Shown: in pieces, positions 13,111-26,487 of the stretch
Numbering within the stretch: the first letter of the stretch is position 1
Layout: each line of letters opens with the position of its first letter
Origin: Eledone cirrhosa
Lineage: Eukaryota
Length of the DNA stretch: 64,000 nucleotides
NCBI GenBank assembly: GCA_964016885.1
Contig: OZ024744.1
Span: 39,370,001 to 39,434,000, forward strand
Direction of reading: 5' to 3'
Position numbers and translations under genes: made by a program
Notes under the pieces: model-generated
The model's database searches: none
What the model was told of the DNA's origin: nothing
What the model saw: the letters and a program-made list of their open reading frames with translations, nothing else

Positions 13111-13974
13111 GTGTCAGGAGGATTGGCTTTGTTAACAATTATACATTCTTTTGATACTTGACTATAATAACTATGTCAGTTATTCTAGTCTGTATTTCAT
13201 GGTCTCTCTGAGTTATAAGTACCTTGAACCTGTCATTCTCATCAATGCTCTCTGTTTGGTGTTGATACCATTTGCCACTCACTTCAAACTGTTGTTAACA
13301 CAAGATGTTTCAGTGCATAGTCTTAGCTACAAATCATGACCACACATATGTTTTCTGTACCAAGCAGCTACAACCACTAACAAACAATGTAGGTTACAAA
13401 CTCATCCTTCTCACTGCACATTCTGCATTTGGTATTCTCACTAATTTTGTCTATTTTTGCTTTTACTCTTTAGCATTTACATTATATTTTCATGGTAAAG
13501 GCTTTATTTCACATAATATCGAATCTACAAGATTTCGATATTTATTTTGATAACAATACCTTAACATCAGTATGAGCAATCAGTTACAGTCAGTTTGAAG
13601 AGAAATAGGGGAGAGAATTCTGGCCAGATACGGCCGGTTTAAATGCTGAAGGGTTAATAAAATTCATCCTTAAGGTTTGTGATTGAGCAGCTAATAGACT
13701 TTTAACTCACCATTTTCCAGTCACAACCAGGATTTCTCTGCTACTGATTCCTTGGTGTGTCTGAAATGCTGTCCATGGAGGTTTTCCCCCAAATATTTTT
13801 TCTCTTTCTCTTTTCTTCTTATTTTTGTATGCTTTTCCTCTTTCAACTTCCACTTCATTGTACCCCATCCTTTTCGTCACATATTCTTCCAGGTTATGTT
13901 CTGCCTTACTATCATAATCTTTTATGGAAATTAACTCTCTTCCTCCTTCTTTCCTTAGTAAATATAATCTATCT

Positions 13975-14440
13975 ACACTGTCCTGTAAAGTGGTCATATA
14001 GGTGACATGACAGAAAGCACCCAGTCCACACTGTAAGGTGATTGTGATGGTGACCCAACAAAAAGTGCCCAGCCCACACTGTAATGTGGTCATATAGGTG
14101 TCACGACAAAAAGCAGCCAGTCACACTGTAGAGCGGTCATATAGGTGTCATGACAAAAAGCACCCAGTCCACACTGTAAAGTGGTTATGTAGGTGACACG
14201 TCAAAAAGCACCCAGTCCACACTGTAAAGTGGTCCTGTAGGTGACACGGCAAAAAGCACCCAGTACTCACTGTAAAGGTTGGCATTAGGAAAGGCATCCA
14301 GCTGTAGAAACCAAGCCAAAATCAGTTCTGTATGAGCAAGACATGGTCACCTGACCTAGCATTGCCCACAACAGGACAACTTGTCTAACCCATGCTGGCA
14401 TGCAAAAATGGTCATTAAATGGTGATGATGATGATGATTG
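13975..14440 (+). mobile_element. RTE-A-type 3' UTR fragment with an expanded ~44-bp internal tandem repeat (~7 units)
   Basis: Repeated aaaaagcacccagtccacactgtaaagtggtc, then the aggaaaggcatccagctgtagaaa motif, an A-type end and (GAT)n. Confidence 0.85.
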
Positions 14441-14508
14441 TTCCTTGGATGAAATACTCTGTACGTCATCATAGTCTTGTTTTTCTGTTAATCTATTTGA
14501 GCTTTTAT

Positions 14509-14796
14509 CTTGACCAACTCAAGACTGCAGCAGGATACCTCAATAGGTTTCTCTTGACCAACTCAAGACTGCAGTAGGATACCTCAATAGATTTCTCTTG
14601 ACCAACTCAAGACTGCAGCAGGATACCTCAATAGATTTCTCTTGACCAACTCAAGACTGCAGCAGGATACCTCAATAGATTTCTCTTGACCAACTCAAGA
14701 CTGCAGTAGGATACCTCAATAGATTTCTCTTGACCAACTCAAGACTGCAGCAGGATACCTCAATAGATTTCTCTTGACCAACTCAAGACTGCAGCA
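14509..14796. repeat. 44-bp minisatellite, about 6.5 near-identical copies
   Basis: Unit ctcttgaccaactcaagactgcagcaggatacctcaatagattt. Confidence 0.95.
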
Positions 14797-17671
14797 GAAA
14801 TAATGCCAAGGTGTTAATTGTTGTGATACTTTTTCCTCCATTAAGTTTAAAATTTAATACCTCCCTAAAATATTATTTTGTGACCTTTTCATTCATTTCT
14901 TTACACAGTATTTTATCTACCTCTAAAATGTCCAGATTCTTGTAACTTTCACCTTCTTATAACACTTTGATCTCTAAGATAGTTCTATACCTTCTTATAT
15001 TGTTCTAACAAAACACAGTTGCTAAATGTTTCTGTCTGTTTCTTCCCTCAGAATTTGTTGATGAATGTATGTAAGAAATTATGTGTCCCTCTTTTCTTAT
15101 TGCTCTTCTGGAAGTATTCCTTGTCATTCAAGTTGTTTATAAACATCATTTACAATTACACTGGTCAGTAACTTCATCATTAGTGGTAGGTAGGTTGTAA
15201 GCTAGTACTTGGGATATTTCCCTTAGATATATCTCTCAGTATTAGTAGGGTTCTTCTTCATGTTAACCATGAAGAGACTTTGCCACCATCTAATTACATG
15301 TTTGGCTGATCCAACAACCTCTCATACAGTGGTGTGAATTTTTGAAGCCAAAATCCCTGGACCAGGTCAGGTCCTGGTGATTTCCAATGAAGCTTACTCT
15401 TAAGGACATTCTTCATATTCTCATATTATTGCACTGTCCCCCTCCTTTGGTATATATTTTATTTTCATCTTTTGACTTTCTACAACCCTTAAGCTCTGTT
15501 ATTATGCAACATTTGCTTGCTTCAAACTTCACTCCAAAATTTCTTAGCTTCTTCTTTGTCTGGTGGTACATTCAATGATTCTTTTCCATTCAGCTCTCGA
15601 TAGAACCTATTTTGATCTGTCCCAAATAACCTATTTTGTTAAAACTGTTTAAATCTGTTGTTCTATTCATATCTTGTAATCTTTGCAGCTTTTGCTTTGA
15701 TTCTTTGCTTTAGTTCTTCAATAATTTTCTTGTACCCTTTTTGTTTCATCCAGTATTTCTTCTGTAAAGCATCTCTAAATCTAATTTTTATCTCCTCATT
15801 GTTCTTGATAATTTCATTCCTAGCAATGTCCTTCCTTGCCAGCATCTCTTCCACCATTGTTCCTTTGGCTGTTTGTCATAGGATTTCTTCATACCAAATA
15901 TTTCTGTAACAACTGCTGCTGCAGCATATAAAAGGTTTATTTGTCTTGGTGATATCATCACTTATGTATGACCTTATCTAATATTTTGTTAACTGGACTT
16001 CTGCCAAACTTTTCTCTCTTAATCTATCTGAGTGTTAGTAATCCCTCCCACTACTTTCACTGGATCCTTCCTGCTATTGTAAGTTCCGGCTCTGAGGCTT
16101 TAACTACATCGTTGGGATGAGGTAATGGTTCTTCTCCAATTAAGTCCTCTGATGTTAGTCTCTCTGTGACTTTAACCTCTTCACCGGGATCAGGCCCTGT
16201 AACATCTCCAGTGACATTTTCCCTTGATTTAGCCATGGCATTAATCTCAGTCATTTGTATTTGTTTTTTATTTCATATATTTGCACATCATTATGCTGTC
16301 CTTTTTCTGTATTTATTTACCTGTCTTACTTGATCACTCAAGCATTGATGTATCAATTCAAACATTTCTTTGTCTACCCATATCCATCTCATTCTATCCA
16401 CGTAGCCTAGTTTCTCTGGATCACTTCTTGGATAACATATCATCACAGTAAACTTTAAATCTTTCCAGTTGATCTCCCCACTTTTCATTTTCTTAGCAGT
16501 AATATAACAACCAGGCACACTCTGCTGTCATGTGGGACATCTGCCAGTGTGAGAGATGATAGATTTTAACTGTTATCTGTTCCAGTTTCATTCACACCAT
16601 GCTATTTTTCACTCATAATGGGGTTTGTGGTGATAAAGTTATTGATTAAGACTAAAGAGCCCCTCCTACCCATGAGACATGGTTATTTTGCTGTTGAAGC
16701 AATTGTTTTGTATGGTTAGATAATCTTACAGGAATGGAACCTGTTTTTCTCAGCCCCAAAGTAAGTTATATTGACTTGCTTGTGGACACAAAATGGTTTG
16801 CAAATCACAAAAGAGAGCGAGAAAGAAAGAAAGGAAATATGTAAAACTTCAGATTAGACCAAGGAAACTATATTTCCATTTTTCTTTCCACGGTTGATAC
16901 TATCAGGTAGTCATATCTTGTGGTGGAAGCAGTACCATTTTTCTAGTGACAAGAGATGGAATTTGAGCTCAGAAAGCCAGAATGCTGGAACAGATACTAC
17001 AAGGCATTTCATCTAACAATTTAACAATTCTGCCAGTTCACCACTTTATTTTTAAATACAAAGTTGACCTTGGCAAGATTTGAACTCACAGCACAGAATA
17101 AATACTGAAGTATTTAATCCAACACTTTGAATGTTTGTCAGTTTGCCATTTCACAAGCATGTAGTCAACAGGGAAATTATTTTCTTTATAGAGGCAATGC
17201 TGGTTTGTTTATTTTTTGTTTACTTAATTTTAAAAAAAGAAGAATTTTTTTATTTGGTATGAAGTGTTTGTGTTATTTGTCTTTGGTTGGGTGTATCTAT
17301 GTGTATGTGTATTTGTGTGTATGTGTGTGTGTGTGTTTATATGTCTGCATGTTTCAAGCAACATGTTTCAATACAAATACATGTGGCTGTGTCCAATTTT
17401 ACCTCTCTATGTCACTACTCCCAAAATGTGGGCTTCAACAGTATGGGGCAGGGAATGTTGTCTGGTGTGTGGGAGCCCATGTGCAGGCTGCTTCATTGTC
17501 CCAGTGGACAGAATGGAGAAAATGTTGCTCTGGAGGATGGTAAAGAAGACAGCTATTGTGCTGACATGTTTTGTTGATTTTTTAAATTTATTTATTTTTT
17601 TGTTAACTATAAATGTTAGGTTGAATTTCCTTATTTTTATACGTTCTTTCTATTTTTTATCCTGTTTGTAG

Positions 17672-17818
17672 GGAATGATGTCAAAGAAAGGTACTCGTGT
17701 TGCAACGTGGAAGGAGAGATATTTTGTGTTGAAACCAGAATGTTTGTTGTATTACACAGCACCAGACCAAAGAGAAATGAAAGGTTCCATCGACATTAAC
17801 AAATCATGTGTTGTTGTG
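17672..17818 (+). CDS. Internal exon of a host PH-domain gene, SWAP70/DEF6-like (N-terminal half of PH)
   Basis: Pyrimidine tract + AG acceptor (17670-71) and GTAAG donor (17819). 147 nt, phase 0/0, translating GMMSKKGTRVATWKERYFVLKPECLLYYTAPDQREMKGSIDINKSCVVV. This resembles SWAP70 GYMMKKG..NWTERWFVLKP..YY..KKGDILLDENCCVE (recalled from memory). Confidence 0.85.
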
Positions 17819-18209
17819 GTAAGTTTTGTCAATCAAACTGACACTTAACCAAACTCATTTTCATACTAAAACCCAACTGAGAATGCCTGACTATGGCCTT
17901 ATGGTATGAAACTAACCATTTCAAAGTGTTCATATTAACCCTTTCATTATCATATATGTAATGAAAGTCTCTATCTATGATCTTCAAATAATTTGGCAAA
18001 TAATCAGGAATTTGGCGGTATTTAGTAATATAACTACTTATTGCATAATTAAGCTGAGGTTTAGAACATAACTCAAATAAGGTTCTGACATAAAATTATG
18101 GTGAAAGGTGTTTAGATAAATACAAACACTTAAAATCAAGCAGTTTTATATCACGGAAGCAGGATTGATTTCAGGTGGTTTGGTATAAAAAATGTTAATA
18201 TTGAACTGA

Positions 18210-18350
18210 AGGTACATGGCCTAGTTGGTTAGGGTGATAGGTTCACAGTCATAATGTCATAGGTTCAATTCTCTGACCTGATAATGTGTTGTATCTTTAA
18301 GCAAAGCACTTCATTCATTTCATGTTGCTTCACACATACATCCTAGACTG
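18210..18350 (+). mobile_element. Decayed tRNA-derived CORE-type SINE head
   Basis: A-box-like tggcctagttgg, B-box-like ggttcaattc, then ctttaagcaaagcactt. Confidence 0.6.
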
Positions 18351-18369
18351 AGTTTATTATTGTTCTCTG

Positions 18370-18573
18370 ATTGACAGAATCGGTAGAGCATCGGACAACA
18401 TGCTTAGCGGCATAAAGTTACGGCCCTTTGCGTTCTGAGTTCAAATCCTGCTTTGCTTTTCATCCTTATGGGGTTGATAAAATAAAGTACCAGTAATACA
18501 CTGGCGTCGATTTAATTGACTTTTCCTTCCCCCTAAAATTGTTGGCCTTGTGCCTAAATCAGAAACCATTATT
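18370..18573 (+). mobile_element. Second SINE family (tRNA head, Meta-like central domain, ATT tail); relatives at ~47240-47440, 49310-49390, 46640-46800(-) and 16930-17160(-)
   Basis: gagttcaaatcc B box; shared gc(c/t)tttcatcc..ggggttgataaaataaagtaccagtaatacactgg..ttgtgcctaaatcagaaaccattat. Confidence 0.75.
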
Positions 18574-18791
18574 GTACTCTTATCATTAAGCCATATCACT
18601 GTACTCTGTCACCATATTCTTTCATTGTAATTTGTCAATATACTCTACTATTGTACTCCAGCATTGTCACCTGCTGATGTACCCTGTTGTTATAGTTTAT
18701 GATGATAATTTATAATTATACTCATTCTACCATTATAAATTTGTTTTGCTTTTTTACTTACATTCTTTTTCTTTCCATCTGTTTTTTGCAG

Positions 18792-18891
18792 CCCATGGTA
18801 GAAAAAACTTGTAGATTTATAATAAGGACCAAAATAAAAGATTATGAGTTGAATGTCAGTGATATGAAGTCAAAGAATGAATGGATTACAG
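18792..18891 (+). CDS. Next exon of the same PH-domain gene (C-terminal half of PH)
   Basis: ttttttgcag acceptor and GTAAGT donor; 100 nt, in frame with the previous exon. Translates PMVEKTCRFIIRTKIKDYELNVSDMKSKNEWIT, with the conserved PH C-terminal helix Trp (cf. SWAP70 KCLF..KTFEISASDKKKKQEWI). Confidence 0.85.
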
Positions 18892-19075
18892 GTAAGTATT
18901 CTAATAAATATTTGTAAATCATGTATATACCTTGTTATTATGACGGCACTGTATTGTTGAATTATACTTTAGACTATCTATCTATTTTCCACATACACTC
19001 TCTCTCACACTATTATTTCTCTTTCAAAAAGAGTGACTTTTCACACAGATATGTCGAGGGAAAGAAAAGAGGAGG

Positions 19076-19275
19076 NNNNNNNNNNNNNNNNNNNNNNNNN
19101 NNNNNNNNNNNNNNNNNNNNNNNNNNNNNNNNNNNNNNNNNNNNNNNNNNNNNNNNNNNNNNNNNNNNNNNNNNNNNNNNNNNNNNNNNNNNNNNNNNNN
19201 NNNNNNNNNNNNNNNNNNNNNNNNNNNNNNNNNNNNNNNNNNNNNNNNNNNNNNNNNNNNNNNNNNNNNNNNNNN
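19076..19275. other. Assembly gap (200 N)
   Basis: Run of exactly 200 N. Confidence 1.
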
Positions 19276-19792
19276 ATAATATACATTACATACATATATA
19301 TATATATACATAACATATATATATATATACATACATATATATATATACATACATATATATATATATACATACATATATATATATATACATACATATATAT
19401 ATATATATACATACATACATATATATATATATACATACATATATATATATATACATACATATATATATATATACATACATACATACATATATACATACAT
19501 ACATATATATATACATACATACATATATATATACATACATACATATATATATATATACATACATATATATATACATACATATATATATACATACATATAT
19601 ATATACATACATACATATATATATATATATACATACATACATATATATATATATACATACATATATATATATATATATACATATATATATACATACATAC
19701 ATACATATATATATATACATACATATATATATATACATACATACATACATATATATATATACATACATATACATACATACATATATATATAT

Positions 19793-19823
<31 letters not shown>

Positions 19824-19906
19824 CATACATATATACATATATATATATACATACATATATACATATATACATATATATATATACATACATATATACATAT
19901 ATATAT
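19276..19906. repeat. (TA)n/(TACA)n compound microsatellite
   Basis: Seen directly. Confidence 1.
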
Positions 19907-22900
19907 CATCATCATCATCACCGTTTTACGTCCGTTCTTCCACGCTAGCATGGGTTAGACGGGTTGTCCTGTTGTGGGCAGTGTCTGGTCGGCTGACCAT
20001 GCCTTGCTCATACAGGAACTGATCTGGCTCGATTTCTACAGCTGGATGCCCTTCCTAACACCAACCTCATTTACAGTGAGTGCTGGGTGCTTTTTCGTGG
20101 CGCCTATACGTCCACTTTACAGTGTGGGCTGGGTGCTTTCTTGCCGTGGCACCTCCACGACCACCTTGCGGTGGGGGGAGTGGGGGCATATTGTTTATAT
20201 GCTTCAGCATGTACCCATGGGAGGTCGGGTACCCTGTATTACTGCGTGACACCAGAAGTCACGGTCGTGTGTCATTGACTTTGAGAGGTGTAGTTGGGTA
20301 AGGTCGGCTTTTATCACCTCATCCTAAGTCATCTTGGGTCTCCCCACTCCGCGGTTTCCATCAACTTCTAGTGCTCTGCACCTTTTTATGCAGCTGTCAT
20401 CCTTCATACGCATCACATGTCCATACCAGCGTAACCGCCTCTCCTGCACGCAGCATTTGATTCCTCTTATGCTCAGTCTCTCTCTCAATTCCTTTATGCT
20501 TTGTCGTTCACGTATATTACTGTTACACATCCATCGGAGCATGCAGGCTTCGTTTCTCTCTAATCTACGTAAGTCTTCCACCTTCAGCGCCCAGGTCTCA
20601 CTACCATGCAACATCGCTGTTCGGATACACGCATCATACAGTCTGCCTTTCATTCTGACGGAGAAGCCTTTTGCAGCTAGCAGTGGTAGTAGTTCCCTAA
20701 ACTTCTTCCATCCCGTTCTTACCCTAGTTATTGTACTTTCTAAGCACCCACCTCTGTTGCTAATTCGGTCACCTAGGTAGCAGAAGCTGTCTACTGTTTC
20801 TACCGGGCCCTCCCAGAGATTGGTGGTACTTGTTTCCTGTGGCTGTTTGCTGCTTGCTGTCCCAGCACAGCTGCTGCATGTGAAGCCTACATTCTTAATT
20901 AAGCTTCCTGAGATCCCGCTACATCTCTTGTGTACCCATTGTTTGCATTTGGGGCAGAGAATGGAGTTCCTACCTACACCTTTCCTACATACTGAGCAAG
21001 GCCATTTCCCTGAGGGGATCTGGGTTCTGTTTTCTCGTCTACTTACAAGGACCTTAGTCTTTGTCATGTTGACTTTGAGGCCCTTTCTCTCTAGTCCCTG
21101 CTTCCAGGTTTGGAATTTATTCTCTAGTTCTACCATAGATTCAGCTATGAGTGCGAGGTCATCAGCATACAGGAGTTCCCATGGGCATCCGGTCTTAAAC
21201 TCCTCCGTTATTGCCTGCAGGACTATGATGAACAGGAGAGGGCTAAGAACAGAGCCCTGGTGGACCCCAACCTGTACGCTAAATTCCTCGCTATACTCAT
21301 TGCTAATCCTAACTTTGCTGACTGCTCCTCTATACATGGCTTGTACCGCTTTCACAAGCCATTCATCTACTCCTAGTTTTCTAAGAGCCCACCAGATTAC
21401 TGCACGTGGAACTCTGTCAAAGGCTTTCTCAAGGTCGACAAATGCCAAGTAGAGTGGCTTACTTTTAGCTAGGTACTTTTCCTGTAATTGCCTCACAAGG
21501 AAGAGGGCATCAGTGGTGCCTTTCCCTGGTACAAACCCAAATTGCATCTCGTCTATATTCACCCGGTCCCTAATCAGCTGTGCTATAACTCTTTCTGTTA
21601 CTTTCATGACCTGGTCCATCAACTTTATACCTCTATAGTTTCCTCTATCTAGTGCATCGCCTTTACCTTTGTAGCAGTTGACAATGATGCTACTGCACCA
21701 ATCTTTTGGTATGGCCCCTTCTAGTATTACCTGGTTAACAATACGTGTGGTTATAGTGTGACCTACAGACCCAGATGCCTTCAGCATCTCGGCAGCTATA
21801 CCCGATGGACCGGTTGCCTTCCCTATCTTCATATCTCTGATTGCCTTACTTACTACGCTGCCGCTGACTTGTACTGCTGGTCCCTCTATAGGGTCTACGT
21901 GGGGTAGGGTCTCTTCTTCCCATGCATTCTCCTCATTTAGTAATCTATCATAATGACTCTTCCATGCATCTTTCTTCTCAGCACTTGTGAGGGCAAGCTC
22001 ACCTTTATCATTCCGGATACACTTCTCTCCAATGACATCACAACTATCTCTGACACACTGCCTCGCAATCTTGAATACCTCCTGTTTCTGGTCCTCACGT
22101 TGTAAAACATGCTTGAATTTTCTATCCTCTGCTTCCCTCCTAGCTAAGTATACTTGTCGCCTAGCTTCCCTCTTGGTCTCTATGTAATGTACCCTGCTCC
22201 CCCCGTTCTTCCATTCTTTCCATGCCTGTCTCTTGGCCTTGACTGCTTCATCTACCTTATTGTTCCACCACCAAGTCACTCTCCTCCTGCTTGAGGTCTT
22301 ACTCCAGCCACAAACCTCATCCGTCGCCTCTAGTAAGTTATTTTTTAGGAACTCCCAGTTCTCTTCTACGTTAAATGTCTCTATCTGTTCTTCTTTACTG
22401 TCGTAGGCGTTGAGTAAAATATCTTTAAATCTGTTACTGGTTGAGGGGACTTTCAGCTTCCAGATCTTTCTTCTCCAGGTTGGCCTCTGTTTCCGGGTTC
22501 GTCTAATTCTGACCGTGAGGTCGCTGACAACTAAGCTATGTTGGGATGTACATTCCTCACTAGGGAAGGCTTTTGTGTTTACGACCGTCCATCTGTCACG
22601 TCCTCTGATGAGGATAAAATCTAACTGACTAGAGTGCTCCCCTGATCTATAGGTGATCAGGTGGCTGTCGGGTTTTTTAAAGTTTGTGTTACATATCGAC
22701 ATGTCATTGGCGTCGCAGAATTCTAGAAGTCTGAATCCTTCCTCATTCCTTGTACCAACTCCATGGCCTCCATGTACTCTATTGAAGCCGTCGCAGTGTT
22801 TACCTACGTGTCCGTTAAAATCTCCTGCAATGATTAGGAAGTCCTTGTCGTCTGTTAGAGCAGTAGTGTGTATTAGGGACTCGTAAAACGTATCCTTAAG

Positions 22901-23750
22901 TTCGTCTGGCAGCCCCGATTGGGGTGCGTAAGCTGATATTATTGTGGTAATTGTCTTATTCAGGACTAGTCTGAGTTTAATGATTCTTGCATTTACCCTG
23001 TACACTGAGATTACTTTATCTACCCACTTGTCAGCTAATAGTATACCTACACCACCCATCCCATCGTCATTTCCCACCCAGAAAAATTTGTAGCACTGGC
23101 TTTTTCCTACAAGGACTCTAGCAGACCCTCCTCTCCATCTAGTCTCTTGCACACAGCATACATCAACTTCCTTTCGCTCTAGCATTTCTACGATTTCTCC
23201 TGCTCTTCCTTTCATTGAGCCTACATTGATGGTACCAACTCGGAGTTTTGGGCATTTGTCGACACTCGTAGGGAAGGGTCTCTGGGTTGGCACTTCACGT
23301 GGGTGCTTGGTAGCTCGCAGATTCATATTTCATCTATTGATTCAGAGTTGCTCAAATGTATTCTCAGCTCATCCATCCATAACGGTGGGAAAATTGAGGG
23401 CTAGAAGAACAGTGGTGGTGGGGTAATGGCAGGGTGTGTTGGGATGCGCCAGAGGAGGAGAGAGTTAGTTAGGCAGGTAGTAGCAGCAGCAGTGGAAATG
23501 GCATGCTAGGTTTGATTGGTCGAATAGACTATGGTGGTGTGTGGGGGTGGGGGGAGGGAACTTGTGAGGTAGGAAGTGAGGGTCGCATGGTAAATAACTG
23601 AGAGAGATACAATAGAATTAGAATACCGCATGGTAAATATCCAAGTTAATACTACATCAGTAAAATTAACAATAATAACGTCATGAAAAACTACTAAGAG
23701 AAACCCTCGAAAATTTATCGCTAATACAGCAGGGAACAAAATTAATCATT
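19907..23750 (-). mobile_element. Apparently full-length young RTE LINE, family A copy 1
   Basis: ~420-bp 5' leader, single ORF, ~300-bp 3' UTR, (GAT)n tail at 19907-19920. Embedded in TA/TACA microsatellite on both sides. Confidence 0.95.
20204..23326 (-). CDS. RTE-A ORF: APE endonuclease - RT with internal PHD finger; one premature stop at 20324
   Basis: 1000-aa open frame with GTINV..VQETRW, GDFNGH, SQH, AFVDLEKAFD, QGSVLSP and YADD. TAG at 20324 corresponds to TGG in copy A2, whose ORF runs 40 aa further (equivalent stop at 20204). Confidence 0.93.
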
Positions 23751-23751
23751 A

Positions 23752-23786
<35 letters not shown>

Positions 23787-23916
23787 CACATACATATATA
23801 CATATATATACATACATATATACATATATATACATACATATATACATATATATATTACATATATACATATATATATACATATATACATATATATATATAT
23901 ATACATACATATATAC

Positions 23917-23951
<35 letters not shown>

Positions 23952-24054
23952 CATACATATATACATATATATATATATACATACATATATACATATATAT
24001 ACATACATATATATATATACATACATATATACATATATATATATACATATATAC

Positions 24055-24135
<81 letters not shown>

Positions 24136-24177
24136 TACATATATATATATATATACATATATACATATATATATATA

Positions 24178-24227
<50 letters not shown>

Positions 24228-24662
24228 CATATATACATATATATATATACATACATACATATATACATATATATATATACATACATATATATATATACAT
24301 ACATATATACATATATATACATACATATATACATATATATATACATACATATATATATATATACATACATATATATATATATACATACATATATACATAC
24401 ATATATACATACATATATACATACATATATACATACATATATATATACATATATACATATATATATATATACATACATATATATATATATATATATACAT
24501 ATATACATACATATATATATATACATACATATATACATATATATATATACATACATATATACATATACATATATATATATACATACATATATACATATAT
24601 ATATATATACATACATATATACATATATATATACTACATATATACATATACATATATATATA

Positions 24663-24694
<32 letters not shown>

Positions 24695-24721
24695 CATATA
24701 TACATACATATATATATATAC

Positions 24722-24769
<48 letters not shown>

Positions 24770-24788
24770 ACATACATATATATATATA

Positions 24789-24820
<32 letters not shown>

Positions 24821-24948
24821 CATACATTACATATATACATACATATATAATACATAGATACATATACATATACATATATACATACATACATATACATATA
24901 CATACATATATATATACATATATATATATATACATACATATATATCAT

Positions 24949-24979
<31 letters not shown>

Positions 24980-25061
24980 ATATATATACATACATAATAA
25001 TATACATACATAATATACATACATACTATATATACATATACATATATATACATATACATAC

Positions 25062-25092
<31 letters not shown>

Positions 25093-25142
25093 CATACATA
25101 TATATATATATATATACATACATATATAATATATATACATAC

Positions 25143-25201
<59 letters not shown>

Positions 25202-25216
25202 CATACATATATATAT

Positions 25217-25249
<33 letters not shown>

Positions 25250-25411
25250 CATACATATATATATATACATACATATATATATATACATACATATATACAT
25301 ATATATATATATACATACATACATATATATATATATATACATATATACATATATATATATATATACATACATATATATATATATACATACATATATATAT
25401 ATATACATACA

Positions 25412-25447
<36 letters not shown>

Positions 25448-25465
25448 TACATACATATATATATA

Positions 25466-25506
<41 letters not shown>

Positions 25507-25551
25507 ATACATACATATATATATATATATACATACATACATATATATATA

Positions 25552-25583
<32 letters not shown>

Positions 25584-26095
25584 CATACATATATATACAT
25601 ATATACATATATACATATATATACATACATATATATACATATATATACATATATACATATATACATATATATATATATACATACATATATACATATATAT
25701 ATATATACATACATATATACATATATACATACATATATATATATATACATATATATATAAATTGAAACAAAATGAAAACGAAATTTCATTTCTCACTCTT
25801 AGTATGGCATATATATATATACATACATATATACATATATATATATACATACATATATACATATATATATATATACATACATATATACATATATATATAT
25901 ATACATACATATATACATATATATATATATACATACATATATACATATATATATATATACATACATATATACATATATATATATATACATACATACATAT
26001 ATATATATACATACATATATACATATATACATACATATATATATATATACATACATATATATATATATACATACATATATACATATATATATATA

Positions 26096-26179
<84 letters not shown>

Positions 26180-26205
26180 CATACATATATACATATATAT
26201 ATATA

Positions 26206-26237
<32 letters not shown>

Positions 26238-26388
26238 CATACATATATACATACATATATATACATACATACATACATACATATATATACATATACATAC
26301 ATATATACATACATATATATACATATACATACATATATACATACATATATATATACATATACATACATATATACATACATATATATAC

Positions 26389-26438
<50 letters not shown>

Positions 26439-26455
26439 ACACATACATACATACA

Positions 26456-26487
<32 letters not shown>

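Larger units (their letters stand above)
13680..16520 (-). mobile_element. Decayed R4/Dong-like (RLE-type) non-LTR retrotransposon
   Basis: Minus-strand fragments MICY..SDP..GY..RM..IW, EELKQRIKAKAAKITRYE, WKSPGPD and DRLYL.RKEGGR.LISI. Interrupted by other repeats. Confidence 0.65.

Noticed and set aside
20334-22886. Antisense ORFs over the RTE copies
   Set aside because: Shadow frames of the RT ORF with no recognisable domain; they recur only because the elements are repeated.
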